DNA of 64,000 nt from Euprymna scolopes (lineage: Eukaryota). Shown here piece after piece: positions 1 to 14,102 of this stretch. Where the stretch lies: assembly GCA_053919585.1 (NCBI GenBank), contig CM132804.1; one strand, given 5' to 3'. How positions within the stretch are numbered: position 1 is the first letter of the stretch; each line of letters opens with the position of its first letter. The notes under the pieces are model-generated. The model worked only from the letters and a program-made list of their open reading frames with translations. It did no database searches and was not told where the DNA came from. The position numbers and the translations under genes were made by a program.

Positions 1-512
1 ATTTGATTGTAGCGGGAAGTGTTTGGGTCGCGGAAGAATTCAGATTGAAAAGATGTGAACGCCAGAAAAGAAATAAATCGAGGGGGAAAAGAAGAATAAA
101 ACATTATATAAAAGAATTAAAACTAAGTGTTAACTTGTTTGAAAAAAGGGTTAAAAGGGTTAAAAGGGCAGTTGGGTGCAAAGAAAATAGAGAAATGTAA
201 ACAATTGCACATAGTGAGAAAAAGAAAGTGGAAAGAATGTCAAACAAAAGTTCAGATTAGAAAGAAAGGGAATCAAATTAACCAAAGAAATAAACTAAAG
301 AATGTTAGAAAAAAATGCAAAGGTGAATAGGTACAAAGACAGAAATGAAAGAGAGAAAAGGTTGTTTGGTTTGAACCAGAAATTTTACAAAGGATTTAAG
401 GGAAGAATTCTTTTAGATAGTTTTCGTTTATTTCATCTCTTCTCCTCCTTTGTGTTCTTCTCAATTCCGTTTTGATCATTTATTATTTATATATATTTTT
501 AACTCAATTTTC

Positions 513-1205
513 ACCCCAAACAAGGCATAGTGCCACTTTGAAGTGGGGGGGGCTACTACCGGGGACATAAGTTGCCGGGATATTATGAAGAGAGATACGT
601 AGCCAGATATCTGTTCACATTGCACTTAAACTTCTGCATGTCAGTGCAGTTAAAAAAGCAGAATCCTGGAAGGGAGTTCTAAAGTCTAGCAGTTCTGGAG
701 AAGAAACTATTGGAGTAGAAGGCTTTCTTACAACTAAGGATCTCTACACTGAAGGGGTGGGATTTAGCTGCTTGTCGGTTTTGTCAGAGTATTCATGTCG
801 AGAGGGCACAATTGCTTGCAGTTCGTCAGAGCATTCACCATTAAAGTACTTGTAGAACAGACAGAAGTATGCAACATTTCGTCGATCGGACAGACGCTTA
901 AGCATAGATGACAGTCCAGGACCTATCAGATTGGCGACTCTCTTTGGACCCTGTCAAGGAGTGAGAGACATGTATCAGATGCACCAGCCCAAATGTGGCA
1001 GCAGTACTCCATACATGGGCGAATCGTGGCCTTTTAGAGGTACAAAATACTTTCAGGCGTAAGTACTTTCTAGCACGGTAGAGAGAGCCCACTTTCTTCA
1101 CAGCAGCCTTGGCAATGCTCTCAATGTATCTATTCGAGTTCATGTTCCCTTAGGCCGAGAAGTTAGGAGGAAGTTCTTTCGGGTAATGTGTTCTTGGCCA
1201 TTGCT
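513..1205 (-). mobile_element. CR1-group (L2/Crack-like) LINE family A, 3' remnant
   Basis: ORF 898..1143 reads YIESIAKAAVKKVGSLYRARK. Downstream frames encode a YSNSF..RTARL.NSLP-type motif and DMQKFKCNVN. The 3' UTR (gtggcac..tgccttgtttggg) is shared with copies at 3383, 44615, 53070 and 56815. Confidence 0.85.
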
Positions 1206-1206
1206 A

Positions 1207-2530
1207 TTAGTGGTAGCGAAGGGTTCTTTTAATTATTGAAGCGCCTAATGTTGAACAACCCCCAGTAGTTCGGTAATGAATATAGATACCATCAGAGCAA
1301 CCCCCAAATGTCATCCGAGAGTCCATGGCGAAATATAACGCAAAGAGTGTAGGTGCTAGAATGTCTCCCTGCTTAACACCACTTTCTACTGAGATAGGAT
1401 CAGCTAGCTTTCCCCGAACCTTAATCATAACCTTCATATCATCGTGGAAGAGCTTTAAGATGATTACAAACTTGTCAGGACAGCCAAGCTTTTTCAGAAT
1501 CTCCTACAAAGAATCCCTATTGACTGTATCAAAGGCCTTGGTTAAATCGATGAACACCTGATACAGACCCCTTTGTTGTTCTATACATTTCTCCTGTAGT
1601 TACCTGGCTGTAAAAATCATACCCACTGTCCCTCGACATCTTCTGAAACCACATTGCGACTCAGGCAAAACATCGTCAGCAATATGCTCCAGCATTCTGT
1701 CTAGCATGATCCTACAGAGCACCTTACCGAATACTGACAGCAAAGAGATGCCCCGATAATTTCCGCATTCATCTCTGCTACCCTTCCCCTTGTATAGCAC
1801 CACCATCAATGCATCGCGCCTACCCTGCGGAACACACTCATCCCGCCAAGCAGTTCGCAATGAGTCCGCTAAGCGTTGCATCATCTTGGGTCAAGAACAT
1901 TTAAAGATCTCCGCATGCAGACGATTCATGTCAGGAGTCCTTCCATTGTTCACATCGTGGACAGCTGCTTCAACCTCCTGGAGAGAAGGAACCTCTGCCA
2001 AGATATCCTTTACCGGATTGCTAGGAATCGACCTAACAAACTCCTGATCAACGTAAGAAGGTCTGTTCAGGAGGTCATCGAAATGATCCTTCCATCTATG
2101 AAGAATGTCGATAGGATCTTGAAGAAGATCATCACCATCCCTCGAGCGTACAGGAGTGATATGTGATCTGGATGGTCCGAAAACCGCACGCAGTAGGCTG
2201 TATAAGACATTTGTGTTATTCGAATCCGAGGCAAGCTGAATTTCCTCTGCTTTCTGCCTCCACCATTCATCCTGCATGTTTCGCAACATCCTCTGCACTT
2301 CGCGCTTGATTGCTTTAAAATTGTCCCTCAATGGATCTTGCTCACCATCCGTCAAACGACCCACGAGATAAGCATGCAATGCCCTGGCGTTTGAATCAAG
2401 CAGAGCCTGAATTCAGTATCACTCTCATTGAACGAATCCTGATGTTTACGTTCACAATAACATAATACTTTCTCACATACCTCATAGAAAGACTCCTAAA
2501 AATCAGGCCAAGTGTTTTCTCAGTCAATCT
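1207..2530 (-). mobile_element. RTE-clade LINE reverse transcriptase pseudogene fragment
   Basis: Broken ORFs contain NYRGISLLSVFGKVL, LPESQCGFRRCRGTVGMIFTAR and GVKQGDILAPTLF, typical RTE/BovB-like RT motifs, interrupted by stops and frameshifts. Confidence 0.9.
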
Positions 2531-2553
2531 CTTCGATCTCTTTAACTAGTATA

Positions 2554-2894
2554 TCTATAAAAGTGAACGTGTCTGTGTGTCTGTTAACATTTCCCTACGC
2601 AATAACTCTGTCAATTTTTAGTCTACAAACTCGAAATTTGATATACAGGGTATTGAGATTTGGGAACATCTATGTGATCGGTATTCGGCCAGAAATTTGG
2701 CTGTGAAGGGGTCAAAGTTATACGATGTGACTTTTGAGAACTCTACCAAACTTCAACAATTTTGGGTCTAAACACTTGAAGTTTTAGATATAGGTTCCTT
2801 GGACATGAATCTAACTTAATAACTTGATTTGAGCCAATAAGAATATATGGTAAGGGGTACTAATAGGGGTCAAAGTTTTAAAAATGTACCTTTT

Positions 2895-2930
<36 letters not shown>

Positions 2931-3355
2931 TATTTTGTTTTTTTGTCTTTTTGCTCACCATACACCTCCAAACACCCGGACAACGTCGGGCACCCATGCT
3001 AGTATATCTATAAAAGTAAACGTGTCTGTGTGTGTATGTCTCTCTGTCTGTGTACATTTCCATACGCAATAACTCTGTCAATTATTTTCTACAGACTCGA
3101 AATTTGATATACAAGGCACTGAGATTTGGAAAAATCTATGTGATCGATTTTCGACCAGAAATTTAGCTGTTAAGGGGGTTAAAGTTATACGATTTGATCT
3201 TTGAGAGGTCTACCAAACTCCTCCGACAATTTTGGGTCTAAACACTTAAAATTTTAGATATAAGTTCCTTGGACATGGATCTAACTTAATAACTTGATTT
3301 GAGCCCAAAACAATAAATGTTAAGGGGGCATAATAGGGGTCAAAGTTTAAAAAAT
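2554..3355 (+). mobile_element. Two head-to-tail non-autonomous Helitron copies
   Basis: Copy 1 starts TCTATAAAAG at 2554 and ends with hairpin cccggacaacgtcggg plus CTAG at 2999-3002. Copy 2 restarts TCTATAAAAG at about 3007 and is truncated near 3355. Confidence 0.75.
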
Positions 3356-3382
3356 TAGATTATCTTTGTTTATTCTTTATTC

Positions 3383-3720
3383 AATCCAAACAAGGCACAG
3401 TGCCACTTTGATGTAGGGGGCTACTATTAGGGACATAAGTTGCAGGGATACTGTGTAAAGAGTTGAGCAGCAAGATGTCTGTTCACATTACACTTGAACT
3501 TCTGCATGTCAGTACAGTTGGGAAAACAGAATCCTGGAAGGGAGTTCCAAAGTATAGCAGTTCTGGGCGAGAAACTATTGGAGTAGAAGGCTGTTGTGCT
3601 TCTAGGGATCTTTTGTGTGTAAGGGTGGGATCTTAGTGCTTGTCGGGTTTGTCGGGGGGTATTTATCTCGAGGGGGTACGAGTGCTTGTAGTTCGTCGGA
3701 GCATTTTCCATTGTAGAATA
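3383..3720 (-). mobile_element. CR1-group LINE family A, 3' end
   Basis: ORF 3427..3735 reads FYSNSFSPRTAILWNSLPGFCFPNCTDMQKFKCNVNRHL, followed by the family A 3' UTR. Confidence 0.85.
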
Positions 3721-4959
3721 TGCAGATGGTTGCAATCCGTTGAAAAAAATTACCTAAAAGAAAAGTAGATTTCGATTTGTTTTAGGGGGTAAACTGCCCT
3801 GGATTAGGTCGTAAAAAATAACATATATTCTTTTTCATATGTAAATTGGTCAAGTAAGATTTTTTTTTTATTTTACATTAGAAAAATATATTTGTTTTTT
3901 GTTTGTTTGTTTTTTTTGTTTTTTTTTACAACAATCCCCACTTGCAAAAAAAATGCAATCGAAATAACCGTTTTAAAAAATTGGGACGCTAAAAACGTAC
4001 ATGGTTTATTTTACCTTCGGTTTTATATCATTTTGTTTGTATCAGAATTCTTTAAAAAGTAATATACAGAAGTGCAAGGAAAAAATGAAATACGGAAAAG
4101 AACAATTTGTTAAATGGCAATATAATTTTTGTGTATTCATTATTTGAAATAAAAAAAATAAAACACTGAAGGGAAACGATTTTATTTTAAAAAATACTTT
4201 CGGTTTTATTTGTTTATATTCGTTTTATTTATATTAGAATGTATAAATTTATTTAAAAATATATAAAATAAGAAAGAACACAGTCCGTTAATTGCCGATT
4301 AAGAAAAGATCTTTATAGCTTTATTTGCATTTATTTATACATACGCAGAATTTTTCACACCGGAAGCTGTAAACCGGATGGACGGGTTTAACTCCCCCAG
4401 CAAGAAGATTTGCGTTTTCTGTTATAATAGATATAAAGTAATTGGAAACTAACTCCCTATGCTTGAAATTTATCACAGAAATATAATTCTGACAATGGGT
4501 TCGGTGGGGCGAGAGTTGTGAGGCTGGCCTTCTATTTTTCCATTAGTCCTCACATTCCAAGAGCGATAGTTTTGATTGCGAGAAAAATGTTGGCGTATAA
4601 GTAAAAAAAAAAAGAAATAAGAAACAAGTTCCTCGGGGAATCAGTTTATGCGGTTCCCTAGCGTCTTAAAAAGCTAGTGCCAAATAGTGCCACGCATAAT
4701 GAATTTTAAATAAAACCTCCTGTTATGCACTTTCTTATCATATTCGTTTATTGTAAGATATATCGATATCCCCTGTAGGGGCAGCTGCGCGTGTAATTGT
4801 GTGGCAAGGATAGAGCAATCCCGAACCACACCTCTCCTGAATCGGTGATCTGACGGGAACTGGTGTGTCAAACCTGATTATGTTGTAAGATATTATATCC
4901 GAATAGTATGAAAAAAGCACTTATACCTAGCATCTCAAAAAGAATATCCAAAATATCAC

Positions 4960-5690
4960 AAAATAAAGAATTATTCAATAAAAAAAGGAATATTACAACC
5001 AAGCCTTAGCTAGATCAGGATATAAAGAACAAATTAAATTTGTTAAGGAAACTCAACACAATAACATAGGTACAGAAAGAAGAATAAACAATGCAAATGT
5101 AATATCTTACAACATGTCGACGAGGAAATATAAAAAAGGAAAAAAAAAAAGATCAAAAACAAATGAAAAAATAAAACATACAATGAACACGAAAAAGAAA
5201 AATGAAAAGCTAGACCATAATAAAACTGAAAGAGAAGGTAAAAAGAAAAATAGAAGGAAGAGCCAGACGTGGTTCAATCCACCGTTCAGCCACCATATAA
5301 AAAATAACATCCCAAGGAAATTTTACCAAATTATAGAAAAAGTTTCCCGCAAGATAGTAAACTAAGTAAGATAATTAATAAAAATACTGTTAAACTATCC
5401 CTCTCATCGTCTGCTAATTTAACAAATACCATAATTGGCTCAAATAACACAAAATTAACCAAATTTATGAAAAACAGAAATAGGACAGAAAATGAATCTA
5501 ACAATGTAAAAGAATGTAACTGCCGGGACCCTAATGAATGTCCAATGAGGAGGAACTGTCTAACTTCAAACGTAGTATACAAATGTGAAGTTATAAGAAA
5601 TAATTGAACTAAAGTATATATGGGAAGCACCGGAACTTGCTTTAACGACAGATATCGTAATCACTTAGCATCGTTTAAAAATGAAACTGA
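4960..5690 (+). mobile_element. Penelope-like element (Naiad-type) linker and GIY-YIG remnant
   Basis: WFNPPFS motif, ECNCRDPNECPMRRNCL Cys cluster, then VVYKCEV..VYMGSTGTCFNDRYRNH (GIY-YIG-like), in broken frames. Confidence 0.8.
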
Positions 5691-7084
5691 GAAAAAAAAA
5701 GAACACCAAAAATAACGAAAACAACAACAATGTAAATAAAAACGAAAAAAAAAACGGTAGAAAGGATCATAACAATAGTGACAACCCCAACTACTATAAC
5801 GAAAATAGAAACAGAACCAATAGTAATAGCGAAAACAAAACATGCATACATATGCATACGCGAGATCTTCTTCCGATGAGAAGCGTTCAGCTTTAAAATA
5901 CCTTGATATAACGAGCATATAAACCACGATTATTGCTTTTCCTGTAAGAATTATATTTCAGTAAAAAATATATATTGTATATTGTTTCTGTTTTTTTTTT
6001 TCCTCCGGTGATGTTTTCTTTANNNNNNNNNNNNNNNNNNNNNNNNNNNNNNNNNNNNNNNNNNNNNNNNNNNNNNNNNNNNNNNNNNNNNNNNNNNNNN
6101 NNNNNNNNNNNNNNNNNNNNNNNNNNNNNNNNNNNNNNNNNNNNNNNNNNNNNNNNNNNNNNTTCTTCTGTTTATGTTTTTACCATTTCTTGTTCTGTTA
6201 TTCTCCTTATTTTACCTCGTTTTTCTTTTATAATTCTTCTATCATTCCAATTTTTCTTCGTCCATCTTTTTCTCGGTCATCCTTGCACAACCTCGACCTG
6301 TATAAAAGGATGCGCACGGCGCACCATGCACCACCGTACACTGAGTAGTTCCATAAATTCCCCTGCCACGGTTTCCCGGACCCCAAATAAGCTTCTATTA
6401 TCGCTCAACAACAGAGCGTTACAATTACCAGATGACCCCAGCCGCCATTAAGTGTTATAATATCTTAACGTCTGTCATGCACGCTCGGTGATTCCAACAT
6501 CTGACATTTGAACGAAAAGCAACCCTTGCGTTGCCTTAACGAGAAACGATAAACGACGTCCATTTTGTTTGTTTCCATACACGCATGCGTGATCTGGCCT
6601 TTGTTTAGGTTTGCCGCAGTTTGATGTTTGCGTATTAGTTGTGCGGGCCTTTTCCGCTGATACTGTGATTCGTACGATTCCCTAGTCGCCCATGTTTATG
6701 CCCCTTTGGTTTTTCCCTGTTTCATTGATGCGAGGGATATTTGCTGTCTTCGTTTGCCGCTGTGTTTCAGTTATGCGTGAGTAAACCTGTTTAGTTTCAA
6801 TAAGGATAATAAGAAAACCAGTTATATGTACGTTTTTTTTGTTGTTTTTTGTTTTTTATACAAACGTATACTGGAAAAAATGTCAACTGTTGAGTCACCC
6901 ATTGAGTTCGGCTTAGATGGTTTTAATCCGGAAAAAGGCGATCAACAAAACAACAATCTCAATCCCGCAAAAAAAAAATGTATTGTTTAGGAGGATAGCC
7001 AACTAGGACCATACCAAACAATTCCTAATTCAAACAAATCAGCTGTAGCTCGACCTTGCAATTAGAATGTACAAAGAATTGGCC

Positions 7085-7343
7085 GGTTGGTTTTTTGGTT
7101 GTTTTCGTTTTATGGCATATCAACCCTTTTCGGGTCATTTAATGCCAAATCCAGTGATTTTGAAGAAAAATATTTTTGCAAGTCGGTTTCTATTTAACCC
7201 ATAGTTGGGACCCTAACAGATGCTACCACTCCGGGTCAGAGTGGACCTGGGAGCAATGACAATTAAAGGGTGACTTCACACTCTTCAAAGCCCACAAGCT
7301 GGGACCTCACCATCGGATATAGTTAAAATCATATCCAGGACCA
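7085..7343 (-). mobile_element. Interspersed SINE-like repeat with (AACC)n tail
   Basis: Homologous to 45625-45904 and 62948-63224. Possible TSD ggccggttggt / ggtcggttggt. Confidence 0.7.
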
Positions 7344-7849
7344 TGGTCGGTTGGTAGTTAGAGAACTAAAATAAAGGCCCTTTATATAAATGCGCCTTAC
7401 GGAAGAATGATATAACCTAGGACCGATTTTATGTGGTAAACCAGCTCCTCGCAGGAGGCATACTGGACGAGTATAAAAGAACTTCGACTCGGGTTTTCTT
7501 TGCAACGACGATATTTCTTTCCCCATTTTATTGGCCGTGACTTTCAATCACGTGATCGTTTCTTGAACGTCATTTACGCCTTCAACGTGATCTCGAACGT
7601 TCTCCCCGTCTCTAACGTGATCTCCTTTTTAAAGTCTTTATTTTTCCCTATTGGTAACGTAATTTCGCATGCATTTGCATATGTGAGCCCGCTCTATGTT
7701 ACAAACCATCTTCTGATGAGAAGCATTAAGCTTCAAAATACCTTGGTATATGAGCATATTAACCGCAAATTATAGCCTTTCCTTATTACATCGATAAATA
7801 AATCTATGTATACCAATATATCGCATTGTTTTGTCTATAATGCTATTTT

Positions 7850-9050
7850 ATAGGCTATCCAAAAAAGTCACTGAAGGATTCTAGACTTTAAGAGATTCTT
7901 TATTTTTAATGATATATTTCTGTCACTTTAACACAATCTGAAGAAGACATTAAAAAAAGCAAAATTCAAGCCATATTTATTCATGAAAAATAATGTCTTT
8001 TAAATGTTTCCCATTTTCAGCTTCGCATATTTCTGCTCTTTCCAAAACATCATTCATGACAGATTGCAGAATCTCTGGATTGCGATTTAACTCCCTTATT
8101 TCGTTCCTGATGTTTTTCTTCAATTCTTACAGAGTTTGGGGTTTGTATGCATAGACTCTCTTTCTTTAAGATATCCGCACAAGAAAAAGTCGGGGTTAGT
8201 AAAGTCTGGGTAACGTGATAGCCATTTGACATTGCCATGGCGAGAGATAATGTTGTCGCCAAAGCATTGACTGAGAAGCTTTATGGTGTCTTTCGCCGTA
8301 TGTGCCGTTGCACCGTCTTGTTGGAACCATAATCCGGGCCTATTTTGAATTTGTGGGCGCAGGAAGTCTGTAATCCGGTATCTCTCTCCAGTAACAGCGA
8401 AAGAATTTTCGTCTTGGTCTTCAAAAAGAATAAAGTCCAATAATCTTCTCCTCCGTTACTGCACACCATACAATGTACTTTATGGGATGCAACTGCTTTT
8501 GATAAATTGCTCTTGGATCATTCAGAGCCCCAAAATGTGTAACTTTGTTTGTTAACAAATCCCTTAAAATGAAAATTGGTTTCATCTGACATAATAGACG
8601 TTTTCAGAAAATTGGGGTTATTTCGGACAAGTCCTTGCATTTGAACTGCAGATTGAACCCTTGAACAAGCTGCACTTTATAAGGAAAGAGTTTTAAACTG
8701 TGCAGAATATTGTGTAGTGAGCGTTCACATACCCCAGCTTGTGTGGACCGTCGTCGAATCGATGTTTCAGGATACTGCTCCACGCTGTCTCGCATTCTTT
8801 CCCTATTTTCAATTGTGATGATGTTTCAAGGTCTGCCAGCACGCGGAAGATTAACTACAGCTCCATGGTCTTCAAATCGGCGCACAACATTTCGAATTGT
8901 GTTGTGACTTGGGCCAGCTCTTACATGAAATGCCGGCGATGAGTTCTTTTAGTCAAAAAAAGTGACCACTGATTTTGGTAAAACAATTTCACAACTTGCG
9001 TACGTCATTCAATACACATAATTAATTTTCAGAATAGTATCTGTAAAATA
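7850..9050 (-). mobile_element. Tc1/mariner DD41D (rosa/Visitor-type) transposase pseudogene
   Basis: Motifs MSDETNFHFKGFVNKQ, WFQQDGATAHTA and PDFTNPDFFLCGYLK. I count 41 residues between the second and third catalytic Asp. Frameshifted. Confidence 0.85.
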
Positions 9051-10234
9051 TCTGAAATAGAGAAAAAATAATCATTAATAGTAAAATGACAGAGATTTTC
9101 AATAATTAGTATAACAACACAATATAAATAAAATAAAATAATATAAAACTAAATAAAAAACAACAAAACATTAAAAGATAGCAAATTTAAATAATCAATC
9201 TCAATTAAATACAATGCATTACAACTGACTTAGAAAAAACATCGGGGTTAAATTAGAACTCGCTCAATATAATAGATCACATGGTTATCGTTCTTAGTAA
9301 GTAGTTTCCATTTATTAATAAAGTTTAACATTCTATTGCCTTAATCGTTTCTGCAACTAGAACGCAGTAAATACAAACAAAAAATCATAAAAATAATTAT
9401 GTTTTAAATACAAATCATTTATAAGTACACATACAAATTAATAAATAACTAAATAAACAGTGCTGAATTTGTAAATGTCCCACACTAAAAATATCTAATT
9501 ATATTGAAATAGAATTGAATAAAATTCTTGCATAACACGTTCCAAGCTATTATTTGCTGCTAGACTGTTAGAGTTTACAGAAGTACGCTTGAACCAAAGT
9601 CAAACACATTTCTGACGAGTAGATCTTTCTCGAAATATTATAGAATACGCGTATTCCATCAGACCATTTGACGGAGGTAATGACAGTGCAAAAATAAATA
9701 TAATTGTGTGTATGAAATGTATAAATGTATACGCATGCATTTGTAGTTACATTAATAAAACTATTCTTCATCTGCTTCAGTTTGTATCTTTCCGTTACCT
9801 CTACATTGTACTGCCTTTTTCTTTCATATTGCATATATATACACGCAGTTATTAAATTATATTTCCTATTTTATTTATATCAATCCTTTAATTTATGAAG
9901 CTCAATATAACTATAGAGCATATTCAAATAAATAAAAAAAAACTTGAAACCTTATACTATCTTCGAATTGACGTAACTAAAAGAAAACACAATTGCAACA
10001 TCTCTTCTGATTTTTCCATTTTTTAATCGTGTTCATATTTCTTTATTTTCTTTTAAAATCGAGGTGTTGTTTTTCCACTGATGAGTCAAGAGCGGAATAA
10101 ATTCAAAAATGTAAATACTTGAAAAAAATTATGTTAAAAATTGAACATTTCAACATATTAAAAAAAACGGTAAGATGAACAACATCTTTAAATTTGGAAT
10201 ATAGACATTTGCCATTTATATATATATTATATAG

Positions 10235-10271
<37 letters not shown>

Positions 10272-10317
10272 TGTGTTTGTCGTATTTTGGCAGCAAGTCA
10301 TTATTCATTATTTATTT

Positions 10318-11360
10318 ACCCCTCTATTACAAAAGACACACTAGAAAAAGCATTGAGTTTGCACTAAAATACAAAAACATTAGCAATCTGGAAATAAAAA
10401 CTATCATGTATGCGAGGCAAACCCTCTTGATCTATAAAGGGAAGGCCTGGGTAAAAAATTCGAATCCAGAATATCAATTTGATGGTTCAATGGGATCCTA
10501 CGACGGTGCAGATATCTGCGACTTGGTTCCTACAATAAACACTAAACGAAAAATTCCCAGATCATACATTAGGCCTTTATAGGGATGATGGTTTTTGCCT
10601 TTCATGCGATCACAACGGGACTAGTCTAGATAAGCTTAGAAAAGATCTACCCAAAACATTTCATGAAACTAGCTTTTAAAATAACAATTGGCACCAACCT
10701 ATACGAAGTAGACTTCCTAGATAAAACTCTAAATCTAAATAATAGGACACATAGATCCTTCCTCGCACTTAAATGAGACCCTAAGGTACATAAACAAAGG
10801 AAAAACATGGTTGCAAATATCAGCAGAAGAATCTCCACGCTCTCATCAAATGCCGACATTTTCAATCAAGCAGCTCCATATTACAATGAGGCGCTACAAA
10901 AAAGCGGATTCACAAAAAGCATCAGATACCAGCCAACCCAACATCAGCTAACAAAAAACAAGCGCAACAGGAGGCGAAACATCATTTGGTTTGCACCTCC
11001 ATTTTCCCTCAACACGAAAACACGAGTCAGACATTCGTTCCTGAAACTGCTAAACAGAAATTTCCCTCCACAACATAAGCTGCAAAAACTATTCAACAGA
11101 AATACGGTTATTGTCAGCTATTCTACCACCCCATCAATAAAAAAAGATCCTCGCAAGGGAACGCAATGAAAATGAAAATGCGGACTGCTCTTGCAGATTC
11201 AAGGAAGATTGCTCATTAGAGAGAGGATGCAGGGTGAAATCCCTTGTATATGAAGCGACACCTACGCATCAGGCTAGTGATATACTAGAAATATACATAG
11301 GTATGATACAAGGGACGTTTAAGCAGAGATTTTACATGCATAACAGTTCCTTTAGGGCAA
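10318..11360 (+). mobile_element. Penelope-like element (Naiad-type) RT and GIY-YIG remnant
   Basis: MGSYDGADICDLV, LYRDDG, RRRNIIWFAPPFS, CSCRFKEDC and YIGMIQGTFKQRF motifs across frameshifted ORFs. Confidence 0.85.
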
Positions 11361-11367
11361 AATCAAT

Positions 11368-12010
11368 ATTGTTTATTAAATTGTTAGGTGAAAGGACAGA
11401 ATAGTTACAAAATACCGTCCCCATGTTAAGAATGTCTTTCTAAATAACATTATTTCAACACGGTATTTTCTATGCATAAGCACCATCTATTTCTGTTTAT
11501 TAAATCGTTAGGTGTAAGTGTAGAATAGATGCAAAACTCCCTCCCCATTTTAAGAATAGCTTTCTAAATAACGGTATTATTTCAGCACAGTACCTTCTCT
11601 GCATAAGTACCATTTTTTATTAAATTTTTAGGTGAAAGTATAAAATAGATACAAAACACCCTCCCCTTCCCATGTTAAGAATGGCTTTCTTAATGACATT
11701 ATTTCAGCACGGTACCTTCTCTGCATAAGTACCATGTTTTGTTTATTAAATTCTTAGGTGAAAGTATAGAATAGTTACAAAACGCCCTTCCCATGTAAAG
11801 TATGGCTTTCTAAATAATGTTATTATTTTAGCACGGTACTTTCTCTGCATAAGTAAGATGTTTTGTTTATTAAATTGTTAGGTGAAAGTACGGTACTCAT
11901 GCAGAGAGTGATCCGTGCTGAAATAATTACGTTATTATTTAAAAAGCCATTCTTTACATGGGGAGGGGAGGGTGTTATGTACCTAATCTGTATTTGAACC
12001 TTACAATTGA
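11368..12010. repeat. About 120-bp tandem repeat (about 4.5 copies) followed by an inverted copy
   Basis: Unit tttattaaattgttaggtgaaagta...ctctgcataagtaccat repeats to about 11890. The reverse-complement unit starts near 11891. Confidence 0.85.
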
Positions 12011-12849
12011 ATAAAAAAACATATAATAAATCTTTAATTAAACGGGGAAATACGATTTAAAAAATAGCGCGGATCATTAGCGCCAAATATTATTTAAGCA
12101 CGTTCCCAATCCGTATATATTTCTTCGAAAAAACCTGTACTTTCACCTAACAATTTATAGTGTAATTAATAAAAAAGTTGATATTTTCTTATATCGAAAA
12201 ATAAAAAACAAAAACAAAAAAACAAAAAAAAAACAAAAAACAAAAACACGCAAGCGAGCAATTTTTTTTGCCTTATATAATAAAGAAAAAAAATTAAATT
12301 AAAAATTTGGAAGATAAAAAATGAATAATGTTTTTTTTTTACTTATCGAGTAAACAGAAAATGAAATCTTCTAATTCGTTTCCTCAAATCGACACGTGGT
12401 TAGGCATGGGGGTTGTTTATTCCGAAAGCCGTTCTTAATATGGTGAGGTTGAGAGTGTTTATTCATGGCCGCAAGTGAACTATAGTGCTAAGTACAGGTC
12501 TTTATATCTCGAAAACTACTTTCCTCTGCAAATTTTAAATGAGATTTTCTTATTCAGCATAGTCGAAATTTGTGGAGGTAAACCAAATGTAAAAAAAAAT
12601 ACCCCCCACAAAAAAGATATCGTGAAATTTAAATTTAAGCGCGGTACCAAAAATAAAATTAGACAAGAAAAATACCCCCTTCGGGTTTGTACTTGCACAA
12701 AGACTTGAAAAAGTTGTCAACAAAAACAAATATATAACAAGTAAATATTTTCAAAGGCAAGATAAGTTACTTTTCTACCTAATTGGATAATTTTTAGTGT
12801 TTTTATTAGGTTTGTACGACTGTACATATAGATTCGAAAAATAAGTGTA

Positions 12850-13735
12850 TAACAAATATTATCAAAGGCAAGATATGTTACTTTATTACCAAAATGGATA
12901 ACTTTTATGTTTTTTTTTAATGTAAAATGTTTATTCGGCTCGAAAAACACAGCGTATACTGCTATATTAGAAAATTACAAATGGCGGCAAACTGTGTTAA
13001 ACAGGTTAAGTTTGGGAAAATGAGTTAAAACTAAAAAAAACTATACAAAATACTGTTAAAAACCACCAAATGCATGTCTGTCTATGTCACGGTAACATAT
13101 ATTGAGTGAGTTCCTGACAGTAGTTTGTATAGTTTTTAGTTTTAACTTATTTTCCCAAACTTAGCGTGCTAAACACAATTTGTCGCCATTTGTATTTTTC
13201 AAATATACAAATAAACACTACATGTTTTTGAACCGATTAAAAACACTAAAATCTTATCCAGTTAGGTAGAAAAGTAACTTATATTGCCTTTGATAACATT
13301 TATTTGTCATATTTATTTTTCAACATCTTTTTGTTTCTGTGTTTAGTAATACAAACCCGTTTTATTTACTGTAACGTTTAGTCGGCTCGAAAAACAGTGT
13401 TTATCAGTTTATTTGAAAAATGCAAATGGTGGCAGACACTGTTGATGCTGTTAAGTTTGGGAAAATGATTTAAAATAACAAACTATAAAAAATACTGTCA
13501 GAAACCCACCGAATATGTCAGCCTATGTCACGATAACATATAATCAGTGGGTGTCTGACACTGTTTTGTATAGTTTTTACCTGATTTTCCCAAACTGAAC
13601 GTCTTCAACAGCGCGACCATTCGTCTTTTTTCAAATACATCGATAAACACTGAGTTTTTTTAGCCGATTAAACATTTTACATTGAATAAAAACACTTAGC
13701 CAGTTAGGTAAAGACGTAATTTACCTTACCTTTGC
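12850..13735. repeat. Tandem pair of long imperfect palindromes
   Basis: Arms about 12935-13063 / 13111-13240 and 13381-13510 / 13548-13670. The loops are homologous (ctatgtcacg.taacata). Confidence 0.75.
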
Positions 13736-14071
13736 TTTTATTTATTCGTTTTTGAACAACTTTTTCGAATCTGTGTATGGTAACCTCCTCCCCTCACCCA
13801 AATATTAATTAAAAACTCACATTTTTTAATATAATTAAAGAAAACAACGTTTCAACGTTTCAGCAACTTTCGGCTTAATCCACTGAATGTTGGTCGAGCC
13901 CAAGCCATGATTAACGGTAACTCAAGAGGATCCGGATCCAATTCTGCAAGAGTACCATTTTTTTTTTTCATTTTCCCCTTTTTTTTTACTTTTTGGAGTG
14001 GATTGCTGAACTAAGAATATAAGAAACACGCATTTTCTCTTTTTATTATAATTTTCCATTACACTAAATTG

Positions 14072-14102
14072 AGCCACAGTAACGCGTGGCAGGGTACATC
14101 TA

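Noticed and set aside
10318-11360. Selenocysteine-recoding Naiad element
   Set aside because: Some Naiads are reported to use UGA as Sec, but this copy is frameshifted, no TGA clearly sits at a conserved Cys, and no SECIS was identified.
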